Origin: Candidatus Pacearchaeota archaeon
GTDB lineage: Archaea > Nanobdellota > Nanobdellia > Pacearchaeales > GW2011-AR1
Length of the DNA: 64,000 nt
Assembly: GCA_038869755.1 (NCBI GenBank)
Contig: JAWCQN010000001.1
Span: 33,876-97,875 of the forward strand
Direction of reading: 5' to 3'
Shown here: positions 19,231 through 28,900 of the stretch, piece after piece
Numbering within the stretch: position 1 is the first letter of the stretch
How the letters are laid out: each line of letters starts with the position of its first letter
Notes under the pieces: generated by a model
What the model saw: only the letters and a program-made list of their open reading frames with translations
Told to the model about the DNA's origin: nothing
Database searches by the model: none
Program-made: the position numbers and the translations under genes

Positions 19231-19348
19231 TATATAAATTAGTCTTTTTATGGTATTTTTAGTAGATTTTTATATAGTTAATTTATATGATTTATTTAGT
19301 TTTTAGAAAGGTTTAAATAGTATTCTTCGTCTATAAATATTAAACAAT

Positions 19349-19981
19349 TTGTATTTTAATAAAATGTTTGAATGGTTTTTTGGAAAAAAGGATAAAAAAG
19401 AAGCTGATGAAATAAAAAAAGAAGTCAGAAATTCTTTTTCACTTGTAAAAAAAGATATAAATAAAATAACTACGTGGATTAATCACCTAAATGAATATGA
19501 TAAATCCTTAAGTAATGAAGTAAATAGTGTTAAAGAAGAAATATCGAATATAAATGACCAGATAGAACAAATAAAAGATTTAATCTCTATGATATCTGAC
19601 GGGTTTAATAAACAGCTGTTTAAAACATCAACGCCTGTTTATCGTAAACAAACAGGTGTTGATGTTGTTCAAACAGGTGTTCAAACAGGTGTTCAAACAG
19701 CTAATTTTTACGGATTTTCTAACTTGTCTGCAACAGAAAGAGCAATAATATGGATATTAATCAACAATGATTTAAAATTAAGTTATGATGATTTAGCAGC
19801 AATGTTAGGAAAAACAAGGTCAACAATAAGAGGGCAAATAAATAGTATAAAACAAAAAAGTGTGGGATTAATAGAGGAGTATATTGAAAAAAACGGAAAA
19901 AAGAGGGTTTACATACCTGAAGAAATAAAACAAAAAATATTGAAAAAGACGAAAGTGAGAGTTAAAAAAGATAAAGAGTAG
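19349..19981 (+). CDS. Coiled-coil + C-terminal winged-helix DNA-binding protein with an in-frame tandem repeat (QTGV x3)
   Basis: N-terminal heptad-rich region. 12-nt tandem repeat CAAACAGGTGTT x3 at 19648-19701 (QTGVDVVQTGVQTGVQT). C-terminal HTH-like SATERAIIWILINNDLKLSYDDLAAMLGKTRSTIRGQINSIK. Confidence 0.55.
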   Translation: MYFNKMFEWFFGKKDKKEADEIKKEVRNSFSLVKKDINKITTWINHLNEYDKSLSNEVNSVKEEISNINDQIEQIKDLISMISDGFNKQLFKTSTPVYRKQTGVDVVQTGVQTGVQTANFYGFSNLSATERAIIWILINNDLKLSYDDLAAMLGKTRSTIRGQINSIKQKSVGLIEEYIEKNGKKRVYIPEEIKQKILKKTKVRVKKDKE

Positions 19982-20325
19982 TTAGTAAAAATATTTTTTT
20001 AAGTTGTTATATTAAAAGTAGAGGGTAAAAAAAATACATAAAAAACAGAAAGTGATAGTTAGAATAGATAAAAATTAACAGAATTAAGGAAAAAAGAAAT
20101 GGAAAAAATCAGTGTAAAAAGGAAAGAGAGATAAAAAACCATAGAAAAAAATAATAAATCTAGGAAAGTGAGAAAAAACAAAAAAATGATAAGGAGGCAA
20201 TGGTGTGTAAGGGAATTAGATTTAAAATTGAAAAAAAATAAGTAGTGGATAAAGATATTGAAAAAAGACTAAAAAAGAGATTGAGTAGGAAAAAATAAAA
20301 AAATTAATTCGGTTTACCGATTTTC
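19982..20325 (+). other. Polypurine (A/G about 85%), C-depleted ORF-free spacer between convergent genes
   Basis: GAAAAAA/GGAAAG/GAGAGA-type words throughout. Almost no C on the + strand. Stops in all frames. Confidence 0.5.
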
Positions 20326-20988
20326 TTATTTAGACTCTCTTAGTAGTAGAATTGTATCTAAAGAAGCTAATTTTTTAAAATCGTCAGGGATATGGAGGAT
20401 GATATGTTTATTATTCTCTTTAGTTTTTATCAAAGGGGCCCCTTTATTTAAGATCCTTTGAACATAATCTCTAATGGAACTTTGGGAAAGAGATAATTTA
20501 GTAGCAAGGAAGTGATAATCTATAGTCGTTTGGTTGTTGTCATATTGGTAAATCGTTGAAAAAACAAGCATTTCCTGATTGGTTAAACTTTTGATTTTAT
20601 CTTTAAGTTCTTGTCTTAAACCATCTATTTGGTTTATTATTAGTGTTGATAAATTTCCTTTTTCACTTAATTTGTCTGTCTGTCTGATTGTCTGTCTGTC
20701 TGTCGAAACCCCTTCATTTCCTATGGAATTTTTTATATTTTGCCTTTTTAAGGCTTGAAATGGTAAAATATCTGTCGAAGTGTCTGTCGAAGTAACTTTA
20801 TGTGTCGAATTTGTCTGTCGAAGTGTTTGAACTTCAATATTAAGTGTCGAATTTAATTTAGTTAGATTAAGAATAGATGTTTGTATCTCTTCTAATTCTT
20901 TTTTTATACTATTTATTTCTATTTTTAAATCATATATATCTTGTTTTACCTTGTTAAATGCTTCTTTTATTTGATCCATTTTTTTCAA
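20326..20988 (-). CDS. Paralogous coiled-coil + winged-helix protein with in-frame STD/TDxS short repeats
   Basis: Same architecture as 19349-19981, convergent to it. DNA repeats TGTCTGTCGAAG/TGTCTGTCTG at 20683-20710 and 20771-20860 encode STDTSTD...STDRQTIRQTD. C-terminal wHTH-like LVFSTIYQYDNNQTTIDYHFLATKLSLSQSSIRDYVQRILNKG. Confidence 0.55.
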   Translation of the reverse strand: MKKMDQIKEAFNKVKQDIYDLKIEINSIKKELEEIQTSILNLTKLNSTLNIEVQTLRQTNSTHKVTSTDTSTDILPFQALKRQNIKNSIGNEGVSTDRQTIRQTDKLSEKGNLSTLIINQIDGLRQELKDKIKSLTNQEMLVFSTIYQYDNNQTTIDYHFLATKLSLSQSSIRDYVQRILNKGAPLIKTKENNKHIILHIPDDFKKLASLDTILLLRESK

Positions 20989-21021
20989 TAAAAATGTTTT
21001 AATATTTAAGGTTTTTTATTT

Positions 21022-21288
21022 TTATAGTTTTTTATAAGCGTCATATGCTTTATTAGATAATCTCCACCTTACCCTCCGAGTGTAATTTACTCCTTTTGGA
21101 TTTTTTATCACTTTAACTAATAACTCTTTTTTCTCAAGTTTTTCTAATAAAGATTTAATAAATTCCTCATCCCTAGCAACTTCCTGAGAAATATTTGCAG
21201 TAAATAAAGGTTTTGGATAAGAAGAATATAATAAAGATAAGATATGTTCTGAAATTTTGTCTTTCTTTTTATCTGATATTTTAGGCAT
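21022..21288 (-). CDS. Small winged-helix-like putative DNA-binding protein
   Basis: 88 aa. ILSLLYSSYPKPLFTANISQEVARDEEFIKSLLEKLEKKELLVKV resembles a wH recognition helix plus wing. Basic C-terminus. Confidence 0.4.
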   Translation of the reverse strand: MPKISDKKKDKISEHILSLLYSSYPKPLFTANISQEVARDEEFIKSLLEKLEKKELLVKVIKNPKGVNYTRRVRWRLSNKAYDAYKKL

Positions 21289-21322
21289 TAATAATCTATA
21301 AAAAAAAGATATTTAAGGTTTT

Positions 21323-21766
21323 TTAATTTAGTGAATCTTTAGATTTTCCTATTTTTGGTTTATCTACAAATTTTGGAGTTGGAATATGAAAAGGGATATT
21401 TAGTGTTTCTTCAAGCTCCATGGCTGTTAAATTACATTTATTGAAAATAATATTAAGTAAAGGAATTCTTAACTCATCTTCAACTTTTTTTTCCTTCCAA
21501 CTCTTTAAAATCTTTTTAAACAAATCATTTTCTGATTTTTCCATTAGTAGAGCAATATTTCCAGAAAAAAAAAGCTCGGCAAAATCAGGCATATATTTAA
21601 TTTTAAGTTCATAATCTATATTTAGAATATCCTGATCTTTAAATAAATCGTTAATCCTAGATTGGATATCTTTTATTTGAATATCTGTATTAATATTTAA
21701 TTCATTCGTAGGTTCTTTATTTTTTTCAATAGATATTTTCTTAAAATTAAATCCAATTAATCTCAT
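21323..21766 (-). CDS. Hypothetical protein
   Basis: 147-aa ORF with no recognisable motif. Confidence 0.35.
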   Translation of the reverse strand: MRLIGFNFKKISIEKNKEPTNELNINTDIQIKDIQSRINDLFKDQDILNIDYELKIKYMPDFAELFFSGNIALLMEKSENDLFKKILKSWKEKKVEDELRIPLLNIIFNKCNLTAMELEETLNIPFHIPTPKFVDKPKIGKSKDSLN

Positions 21767-21780
21767 TTTTAATATAAAAG

Positions 21781-22041
21781 CTACCTTAAATCTTCTTCAG
21801 AAATGACAACAAAATCGCCAATAGCCATAATTGAGTTATGAGGTACTAATAATTCTCCCTGACTAGATCTTTCTAAGTTTAAATTCTGAGAATAAGGAGT
21901 AGCATTTTTAATGACTAATTGAATTAATTCACCTGTTCTAGTCTCAAAAGTAAGGTCCTGAACAATACCAAGTCTTTTACCCTCTTTAGTCACAACCATC
22001 TTACCAACAAGATCTCTAAGTGGTCTTTTATCACTTACCAT
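21781..22041 (-). CDS. PRC-barrel domain protein
   Basis: L.GK.VVTKEGKRLGIVQDL.FETRTGELIQLVI ... IMAIGDFVVISEE is the typical archaeal stand-alone PRC barrel. Confidence 0.7.
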   Translation of the reverse strand: MVSDKRPLRDLVGKMVVTKEGKRLGIVQDLTFETRTGELIQLVIKNATPYSQNLNLERSSQGELLVPHNSIMAIGDFVVISEEDLR

Positions 22042-22439
22042 ATTTTGTAGAAATTAAGTTAATATTTAAACTTTTCTGTAGTCACCAAGTATTTTTAGTG
22101 TTTTTTGTTTTATTTTTTCTTAAATTTAATAATTTTAATACTTTTATTTGAAATTTATAAGTATTTAATCAATTATAAAAAACTAAAAAGATGAATAAGT
22201 ATAGTTAATTTTAAATAAAAGATATTATATTCAAAAAATATATTTAATAGTGGTTAAGAATTGAAATTAATATACATAATAGTGGTCAGGAAAAAGTTAT
22301 AACTATTTTTTTATGTAGTTCTTTTTAGGCAATATATTAGAAATAATAAAAAAATAGGTTTTAAAGAGTATTTGATTTTGTTTATTTTTTCTCTTTATTT
22401 TACCCTACCCCTTTATTTCATATAGAAATATTTAAAAAA

Positions 22440-22600
22440 GAAATGTTATTTTTTTGTTTTTAAAATTTATTTATAAATATTTATATATTATATAATACAT
22501 ATTGTATTATATTTATTCTATTAAATATATTATATTAATTTTATTTTAGCATACATACTAAATTACATATGATATATTATATATAATAGATAATCTAACT
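22440..22600. other. Near-pure A/T stretch, candidate DNA-unwinding element
   Basis: About 160 bp with only a handful of G/C. It lies within the 990-bp ORF-free region upstream of orc1/cdc6. Confidence 0.45.
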
Positions 22601-22747
22601 TATTTATTTTAATATATCTTATATCAAAATCTTATTTATTCTATATAACCTGCTGTTTTAATATATCTTATATCAAAATCTTATTTATTCTATATAACCT
22701 GCTGTTTTAATATATCTTATATCAAAATCTTATTTATTCTATATAAC
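22601..22747. repeat. Three perfect tandem 49-bp direct repeats (AATATATCTTATATCAAAATCTTATTTATTCTATATAACCTGCTGTTTT)
   Basis: Read directly; copies start at about 22601, 22650 and 22699. No spacers, so not CRISPR. About 290 bp upstream of orc1/cdc6. Confidence 0.85.
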
Positions 22748-23032
22748 CTGCTGTTGTATACTTAAAATATACTTAGTATGTAGACTTAGCTTCAATATTA
22801 ACCTTTAACTTTTAGCATTTTTTTTCCAAGAGAAATCATGGTGTGACTCTTTTTAATAAACTAAAGATTATATAAACTCTTATTAAATTGTACTAAAATT
22901 TATGGTAATACTTTTATTCGATAAGTGAACGTCTTATTATTTTTAATCAAAAGTTTAATTAATGTCTCCATATGAAATGAAGGTACTATTTTTTTCTATA
23001 ATAAAATTTATACAAAACTTTATAAAATATAT

Positions 23033-24292
23033 TTGGATTTAGACTTATACATTAAATTAAAAAGGGATGAAATGGACTTAAAAGTTAATTCAAAGGTAGA
23101 TAAAATTTTTGATTCTTTTATGGATAATAAGATTTTTCAGGACAAATTTGTTTTACAGACAGGTTATACTCCAAGTACTATACCTCATAGAGATGAGCTT
23201 ATTACCCAAATTGCTTCAATACTTGCCCCTTCATTAAGGGGTGAAAAAACCAGTAATCTTTTTGTTTATGGTAATACAGGGACCGGAAAAACACTTTCTA
23301 TTCAGTATGTAAGGGACGAATTACTAAGGAGAAACAACCATTTAAAAAATAACTTAGTAATAGAGTATGTAAATTGTAAATTAAAAAAAATATCAGATAC
23401 TGAATACAGGATTTTTGCGGAATTAATAAAAAAATTAGGAGGAAATGTTCCTGCAACAGGGTTGCCCACAGATCAGGTTTATAATAAGTTTATAGAATTA
23501 GTAGATAGTGGTAAAAAATTAATTATCTTAGTTTTTGATGAAATCGATCATGCAGTTGATAAAATATCAGATAATTTTTTATATAATTTAACAAGAATTA
23601 ATTCTGAATTAAAAAAATCACAAATAAGTATTATTGGAATTAGTAATAATTTAACTTTTTTGGAAAATTTAGATCCAAGAGTAAGAAGTTCATTGAGTGA
23701 AGAGGAAATTGTATTTCCACCATATAATGCCTTACAACTTAAAGATATATTAAAAGAGAGGGCTGAAAAAGCCTTTAAGAAAGGGGTTTTAGATGAAGGA
23801 GTCATTTCAAAATGTGCTGCCTTTGCAGCAAAAGAACATGGAGATGCAAGAAGAGCTTTGGATTTATTAAGAATTGCAGGAGAAATTGCAGAAAGGAAGA
23901 ATTCAGATAAAATAACTTTAGACGATATTGATTTAGCCAATGATAAAATTGAAAGAGATAAAATATTAGATAGTGTCACAAATGCTCCAAAACAATTCCA
24001 ATTATCTTTATTGGCAATAATAAGTTTAGTTGAGAAAAATAAAATCAAAGAAATATTTACAGGAGAAGTTTATAATGAATACCAAGATTTATGTAAAATT
24101 ACTAAAACAGAAGTTTTAACACAAAGAAGGGTTTCAGATATATTATCTGAATTTGATATGATGGGAATAATTAATTCAAATATTATTTCTAAAGGAAGGC
24201 AAGGAAGAACAAGAAAGATTAGGCTATCAATACCAGTCAAATTAATTCCAAAAGTTAAAGAAAACTTATACGAATCTCTTAATTTACCTTAA
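23033..24292 (+). CDS. orc1: Orc1/Cdc6 replication initiator
   Basis: AAA+ Walker A FVYGNTGTGKT, Walker B ILVFDEID, sensor motifs, C-terminal winged helix. Confidence 0.9.
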   Translation: MDLDLYIKLKRDEMDLKVNSKVDKIFDSFMDNKIFQDKFVLQTGYTPSTIPHRDELITQIASILAPSLRGEKTSNLFVYGNTGTGKTLSIQYVRDELLRRNNHLKNNLVIEYVNCKLKKISDTEYRIFAELIKKLGGNVPATGLPTDQVYNKFIELVDSGKKLIILVFDEIDHAVDKISDNFLYNLTRINSELKKSQISIIGISNNLTFLENLDPRVRSSLSEEEIVFPPYNALQLKDILKERAEKAFKKGVLDEGVISKCAAFAAKEHGDARRALDLLRIAGEIAERKNSDKITLDDIDLANDKIERDKILDSVTNAPKQFQLSLLAIISLVEKNKIKEIFTGEVYNEYQDLCKITKTEVLTQRRVSDILSEFDMMGIINSNIISKGRQGRTRKIRLSIPVKLIPKVKENLYESLNLP

Positions 24293-24316
24293 TAATATTA
24301 TTTTTCCTAATGAAAA

Positions 24317-25912
24317 ATGGATCAAGAAATTATACAATTTTGCAATCAGAGAGGTATTTTACTAGATAAGTATCTGATTAAACAATTAACTCATTTTAAT
24401 AATAATTATCTTTTAAAAAATTTGTTAGATAGAATTACCCTTCAGTATAAACAAAAAATAATTACTAAATCTTTTTTTAACGACAAAAAAAAGATTATTG
24501 AAATCTTATCTAACTATAATAATAATGAGCGTATCATTTTAGAGGATTTTTTTGAAAGTTTGGGAATAGATACTAATTTTTTTAATAACAAATCACCTTC
24601 AGACTATTCTTTTATTACCAATAATGAAAGTGGAGAGGTATCTATAAATAAAGTTTACCATAATAAGCCAAGGAAATTAAGTGTTGAAGATTTTATTAAT
24701 AATTTTAAAAACAGGTTTTTATTTTTGAAAAATATATTACAAGAGAGACCAGATCTTGATAATTTAGTTTCTATAAATAAGTTAGAAACATCTACAAATA
24801 AAAATTTTTCATTAATAGGCATAGTTTATGACAAACATACAACAAAAAATGGAAATGTCTTATTAACTATTGAAGATCTAACCGGTTCAATAAATGCATT
24901 GGTTAATAAAAATAAGAGTGATGTATTTGAGAAATCTAAAGAGATATTGTTTGATGAGGTAATAGCTTTAAAATGTTCTGGAAGTAAGGAAATGGTTTTT
25001 GTTAATGATATAATATTTCCTGATTCAAGAATTATAACTAAAAAAAAATCAAATTTTGAAGAATATGCCGCATTTACTTCAGATATTCATGTTGGAAGTG
25101 ATAAATTTTTGGAGAGCAATTTTATTAAATTTATTAATTGGCTTAATGGGAATATTGGTGATGAAAATCAGAGAAGAGAGGCATTAAAAGTAAAATATCT
25201 TTTTATAACAGGAGATTCAATAGATGGTGTTGGTATTTATCCCGGTCAAGAGTCACAATTAATTATCAAAGATGTTAATGAACAATATAAAAAATTAGCA
25301 GAATTGTTACTTGCTATCAGGCCTGATGTCAGCATAATTTTGTGTGCTGGACAACACGATGCTGTCAGAGTGGCAGAACCCCAACCAATTATTGGAGAAC
25401 ATTATGGTTCATCTTTAAATCTCATTAATAATTTATATTTAGTAAGTAATCCCTCAATTGTAAGTATAGGAAGGGATGTTAAGTTTAAAGTTTTAATGTA
25501 CCATGGAGCCAGCATTCACGGGATAATAAATGAAATTGATAGTTTAAGAATTAATAAGGCACATGATTCTCCAACCTCTGTTGTAAAGTATATGTTAAAA
25601 AAAAGACATTTGGCTCCAACTCACTCATTAGTAACATATACTCCTTTAGAGAAAGAGGATGCTTTATTAGTGAGTGAAATCCCTGACATACTGGCAACAG
25701 GAGATTTACATAGGCCAGAGATATCAGATTATAATGGAGTCATTTTGATAGCATCAAGTTGCTGGCAGTCTAAAACACCCTTTGAAGAGAAAGTAGGCAA
25801 TAATCCTGATCCTTGTAAAGTCCCTTTATTTAATCTTAAAACAAGAGAAATAAAAATTCTTGATTTTAGCGATAATTTAGTTGAGGAGAAAAAGATGGAA
25901 AATGCAGACTGA
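24317..25912 (+). CDS. polB... (DP1): DNA polymerase II (PolD) small subunit DP1
   Basis: N-terminal OB domain. C-terminal calcineurin-like phosphoesterase motifs (FTSDIHVGSD, ITGDSIDG, ATGDLH). Adjacent to DP2. Confidence 0.85.
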   Translation: MDQEIIQFCNQRGILLDKYLIKQLTHFNNNYLLKNLLDRITLQYKQKIITKSFFNDKKKIIEILSNYNNNERIILEDFFESLGIDTNFFNNKSPSDYSFITNNESGEVSINKVYHNKPRKLSVEDFINNFKNRFLFLKNILQERPDLDNLVSINKLETSTNKNFSLIGIVYDKHTTKNGNVLLTIEDLTGSINALVNKNKSDVFEKSKEILFDEVIALKCSGSKEMVFVNDIIFPDSRIITKKKSNFEEYAAFTSDIHVGSDKFLESNFIKFINWLNGNIGDENQRREALKVKYLFITGDSIDGVGIYPGQESQLIIKDVNEQYKKLAELLLAIRPDVSIILCAGQHDAVRVAEPQPIIGEHYGSSLNLINNLYLVSNPSIVSIGRDVKFKVLMYHGASIHGIINEIDSLRINKAHDSPTSVVKYMLKKRHLAPTHSLVTYTPLEKEDALLVSEIPDILATGDLHRPEISDYNGVILIASSCWQSKTPFEEKVGNNPDPCKVPLFNLKTREIKILDFSDNLVEEKKMENAD

Positions 25913-28900
25913 AAAATATTTTCATGAATTAGAAAAAGAAATAAAGAGGAACTATAAAATAGCAGAAGAGGCTAGAAAAAAAGGGTTAGATCCTGTGGAT
26001 TTTGTAGAGGTCCCTCTTGCACACAATTTAGCCGAGAAGTCAGTAGGGCTTATTTCAAGTTTATATCCCCAATTAAATGACAAGAAAATTGTAAACAGGA
26101 TAGTTGAGTTAGAGAAAGAATATGGCCGATTGGACGTTTCTGTTTGTTTGAAGATAGCAGAGGAAATAGCTAAAGAGAAATTCTGTAAATTTAAATCTCA
26201 TTTAGAGGCTATTGAAGCAGGAATCAGGGTAGGATTCGCATATATCACTTTAGGTGTTGTCTCAAGTCCAATAGAGGGCTTTACTTTTCTTAAAATTGGA
26301 AAAACAGAAAAAGGGAAGGAATATTTTATTCCATACTTTTCAGGACCTTTAAGAAGTGCAGGCGGAACAGGGGCAACATACTCGTTAATGATAATTGATC
26401 ATTTAAGAGAAGTGTTTGGGTATAGTAAATATGATCCTAATGAAAAAGAAGTTAAAAGGGCTGTAACAGAAATTTTTGATTTCCATGAGAGGGTTACAAA
26501 CTTACAATATCTCCCTGCCGTTGAAGAAATTGAGTTTTTAGTTAGGAATTTACCCATTCAAATTGCTGGAGAGCCAAGTGAGAATATAGAAGTTTCAAAT
26601 TATAAAGATCTTCCAAGAATTGATACAAATTATTTAAGAAGCGGTGTTTGTTTAATGATTGCAGAGGGCATTGCCCAAAAAGCCCCGAAAGCTTTAAGAG
26701 TTTTAAAAGGATTAAGAAAAAACGGATTTAAATTAAGTGACTGGGATTTTTTGGAAGGTTATTGTAAAATACATGAAAAGTCAAAATCAGGTGAAAAAGA
26801 TTTAGTTGCAACATATATAAAAGACATTGTTGCAGGAAGACCTATTTTTGGACATCCATCAAAGTCAGGAGGATTTAGGTTTAGATATGGTCGTTCAAGA
26901 GTATCTGGTTTTTCCGGTACTTCTATTCATCCGGCTACAATGGCCATTTCTGATAGTTTCTTGGCTATTGGAACCCAATTAAAACTTGAGAAGCCAAGTA
27001 AAGGATGTGCTATTTCTGTTTGTGACTCAATTGATGGACCAATAGTAAAGTTGAATGACGGAAGTGTTAAAAGAATTTCTGATTATCATGAAGCAAAAAA
27101 ACTTTCTAAAGATGTTTCTGAAATATTATATTTTGGAGATTTGCTTTTTCCATTTGGAGATGTAGTAAATAGGAATAGTCTTTTACTGAAACCCGGCTAT
27201 GTTGAAGAGTGGTGGTCTTTAGAGCTGGAAAAAGCAGGCCAGATGGTTAAAAATATTTATGATGTTGGATTTGATGAAGCAGTTAACCTATCAAAACAAT
27301 TTTGTCTGCCCCTTTATCCAAAATACATATTTTTCTGGAGCCAGATAACTTATAAAGATTTACTTGAGTTATTAAGATGGATGAGTTATGCAAGGCTAAA
27401 TGGAAAAATTATTTTACCTTACTCTCATCTTGAGGCAGAGAAATTTAAAGAAGGGAAAAGAGTATTGGAGCTTTTGGGTGTTGAGCACTATATTTGGGTT
27501 GAAAATGTCATAATTTCTCCTATTGATAGTAAGGCTTTATTTGTTAATTTAGGGTTAGACTTGGAATATCTTGATAAGGAAAATTATTTTATAGAGGATG
27601 AAATAAATAAAATTGCAGACAAGGTTTTATCTTATGAAGAAAAAGATGTTTTGAAGATTATTAATTCCTTATCTCATTTTGTTATTAAAGATAAGGCAGG
27701 AGATTTTATAGGAGCAAGAATGGGCAGGCCGGAAAAAGCCAAACTTAGAAAATTGACTGGAAGCCCACATGTTTTATTTCCAGTAGGCGAGGAAGGCGGG
27801 AGGTTCAGGAGCATACAGGAAGCATGTTTAAAAGAGGGTGTTGTTTCAGATTTCCCATTATTTTTCTGTGAAGTATGCAATAATGAAACTATTTATCCTT
27901 CTTGCGAAAAATGTGGTAAGAAAACTAAAAAGATGTATTATTGTCGCCAGTGCTTAAAAAAATTATCTCAGGAAAAATGCGAGGAACATGGAACAGGAAC
28001 TGGATTTTATAAGAGGAGAATAAATATTAATGATTATTTTAATCACTCTCTTAAACTTCTTAATTTAGGTAGTGGAGAAATACCCGGACTTATAAAAGGC
28101 GTTAGAGGAACGTCCTCTGAAGACCATGCTGTGGAAAGTTTAGCTAAAGGAATCATTAGAGCCAAATTTAACTTACATGTCAATAAAGATGGAACAATAA
28201 GATATGATATGACTGAACTGCCAATTACACATTTTAAACCGAAAGAGATTGGAATAAGTATTGAGAAGGCAAAAGAACTTGGATATACAAAAGATTTTTG
28301 TGGAAATCCGTTAGTGGGTGAAGATCAGATATTAGAGCTAATGCCTCATGATATAATTCTCCCGTGTTGCCCGGAATCTGGAGATGAAAAAGCAGATGAA
28401 GTTTTTGTCGCTGTTGCACATTTTATGGATTTTTTATTGAAAAATTTTTATTATTTAGATAGTTTTTATAATATAAAGAAAAAGGAGGATTTGATAGGTC
28501 ATTTGATGGTTTGTATGGCTCCTCATAATTGTGCAGGAGTAATTTCCAGAATTATAGGGTTTTCAAAAACACAGGGTTTGTTAGCCAGCCCATATATGCA
28601 TGCTGCAATGAGGAGAGATTGTGATGGGGATGAAGCTGCTTGTATGATGTTATTGGACGTATTAATTAACTTTTCCAGAAAGTATCTTCCAAGCCATAGA
28701 GGTGGAACACAAGATGCTCCTCTTGTTTTAAATGGCCGTATTGTTGCTGGTGAAGTTGACGATCAGATACTTGATTTTGAAGTAGTAAGCAGATACCCTT
28801 TGGAGCTTTATGAAAAAGCAGAACAAAGAGCACATAGCAGTGAGGTAAAAATTGAGATGGTTAAAGACCTACTAAGGAAATCTTTAGATCCGTTTAAAAA

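Noticed and set aside
17253-19348. Possibility that the ORF-free 2 kb is coding under an alternative genetic code (stop-codon reassignment)
   Set aside because: TAA, TAG and TGA all occur densely in every frame, and flanking genes clearly use the standard code. No single reassignment would open a long frame.
22601-22747. Tandem 49-bp repeats considered as a CRISPR array
   Set aside because: The copies are directly abutting with no unique spacers. There are no cas genes in the window, and the repeat is AT-rich and non-palindromic. It fits an origin/minisatellite repeat instead.
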